A stretch of DNA of 34,558 nt from an uncultured Flavobacteriaceae bacterium (GTDB taxonomy: Bacteria > Bacteroidota > Bacteroidia > Flavobacteriales > Weeksellaceae). Every line of letters begins with the position of its first letter. Positions within the stretch are counted from its first letter, which is position 1. Under the pieces are notes generated by a model. That model was not told where the DNA came from. It saw only the letters and a program-made list of their open reading frames with translations, and did not search any database. Shown here piece after piece: positions 34,554 through 34,558 of the stretch. The position numbers and the translations under genes were made by a program. Location: contig CAUTLL010000001.1 in assembly GCA_963539275.1 (NCBI GenBank), forward strand, positions 1 to 34,558, written 5' to 3'.

Positions 34554-34558
34554 AAATT

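Larger units (their letters stand above)
19521..34558. mobile_element. integrated siphophage-like prophage (or phage-derived island) at the 3' side of tRNA-Gln; continues beyond the right edge
   Basis: A tyrosine integrase lies immediately 3' of the tRNA. It is followed by a uniformly minus-strand block with a tape measure protein, large tail proteins and many small ORFans with private terminators. No right att site or capsid/terminase genes are in the window. Confidence 0.8.

Overview
This is an AT-rich chromosome segment that looks like Bacteroidota, probably Flavobacteriia. The basis is recurrent TAnnTTTG '-7' promoter boxes, no obvious Shine-Dalgarno sites and a TonB-dependent receptor; the taxon is inference only. 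Positions 1-19.4 kb are ordinary housekeeping genes: a LysR/OxyR-like fragment, an MBL hydrolase, a GT2 glycosyltransferase, phosphoglucomutase, a TonB-dependent receptor with an LTXXQ lipoprotein, RNase Z, an aminotransferase, DAHP synthase/chorismate mutase, rdgB, tpiA and glycine-tRNA ligase. This part also holds an SRP (4.5S) RNA that is not in the ORF track and two 21-bp-period intergenic repeat arrays. From tRNA-Gln(UUG) at 19449-19520 to the right edge lies an integrated siphophage-like element. It has a tyrosine integrase next to the tRNA, and all other genes are on the minus strand. These include a 1366-aa tape measure protein, two large downstream tail proteins, and several short cassettes each bracketed by its own terminator and promoter. 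The most unusual observation concerns a translationally coupled basic/acidic small-gene pair that occurs twice, about 11.55 kb apart. The gene bodies are nearly identical, with 431 bp identical by eye. Each copy is preceded by a leader of about 150-170 nt. The two leaders differ in sequence but share one architecture. A 5' segment and the start-codon region are both complementary to a central 'anti' segment. A long-range helix ending in a U-run (terminator-like) encloses that anti segment, and both helices covary between the copies. I read this as a specificity-swappable cis-antisense or attenuator switch, formally similar to P1/P7 c4-icd/ant. It may be undescribed. Other candidates are an AT-rich, promoter- and terminator-insulated cassette of a 352-aa protein plus a 75-aa 2-TM protein (possible prophage-borne defense or exclusion module), a minimal nucleotidyltransferase-like ORF wedged between the tape measure and tail genes, and a membrane-anchored wHTH protein followed by an untracked 58-aa 2-TM ORF. 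All functional readings of the phage accessory genes are inference. No database search was possible.
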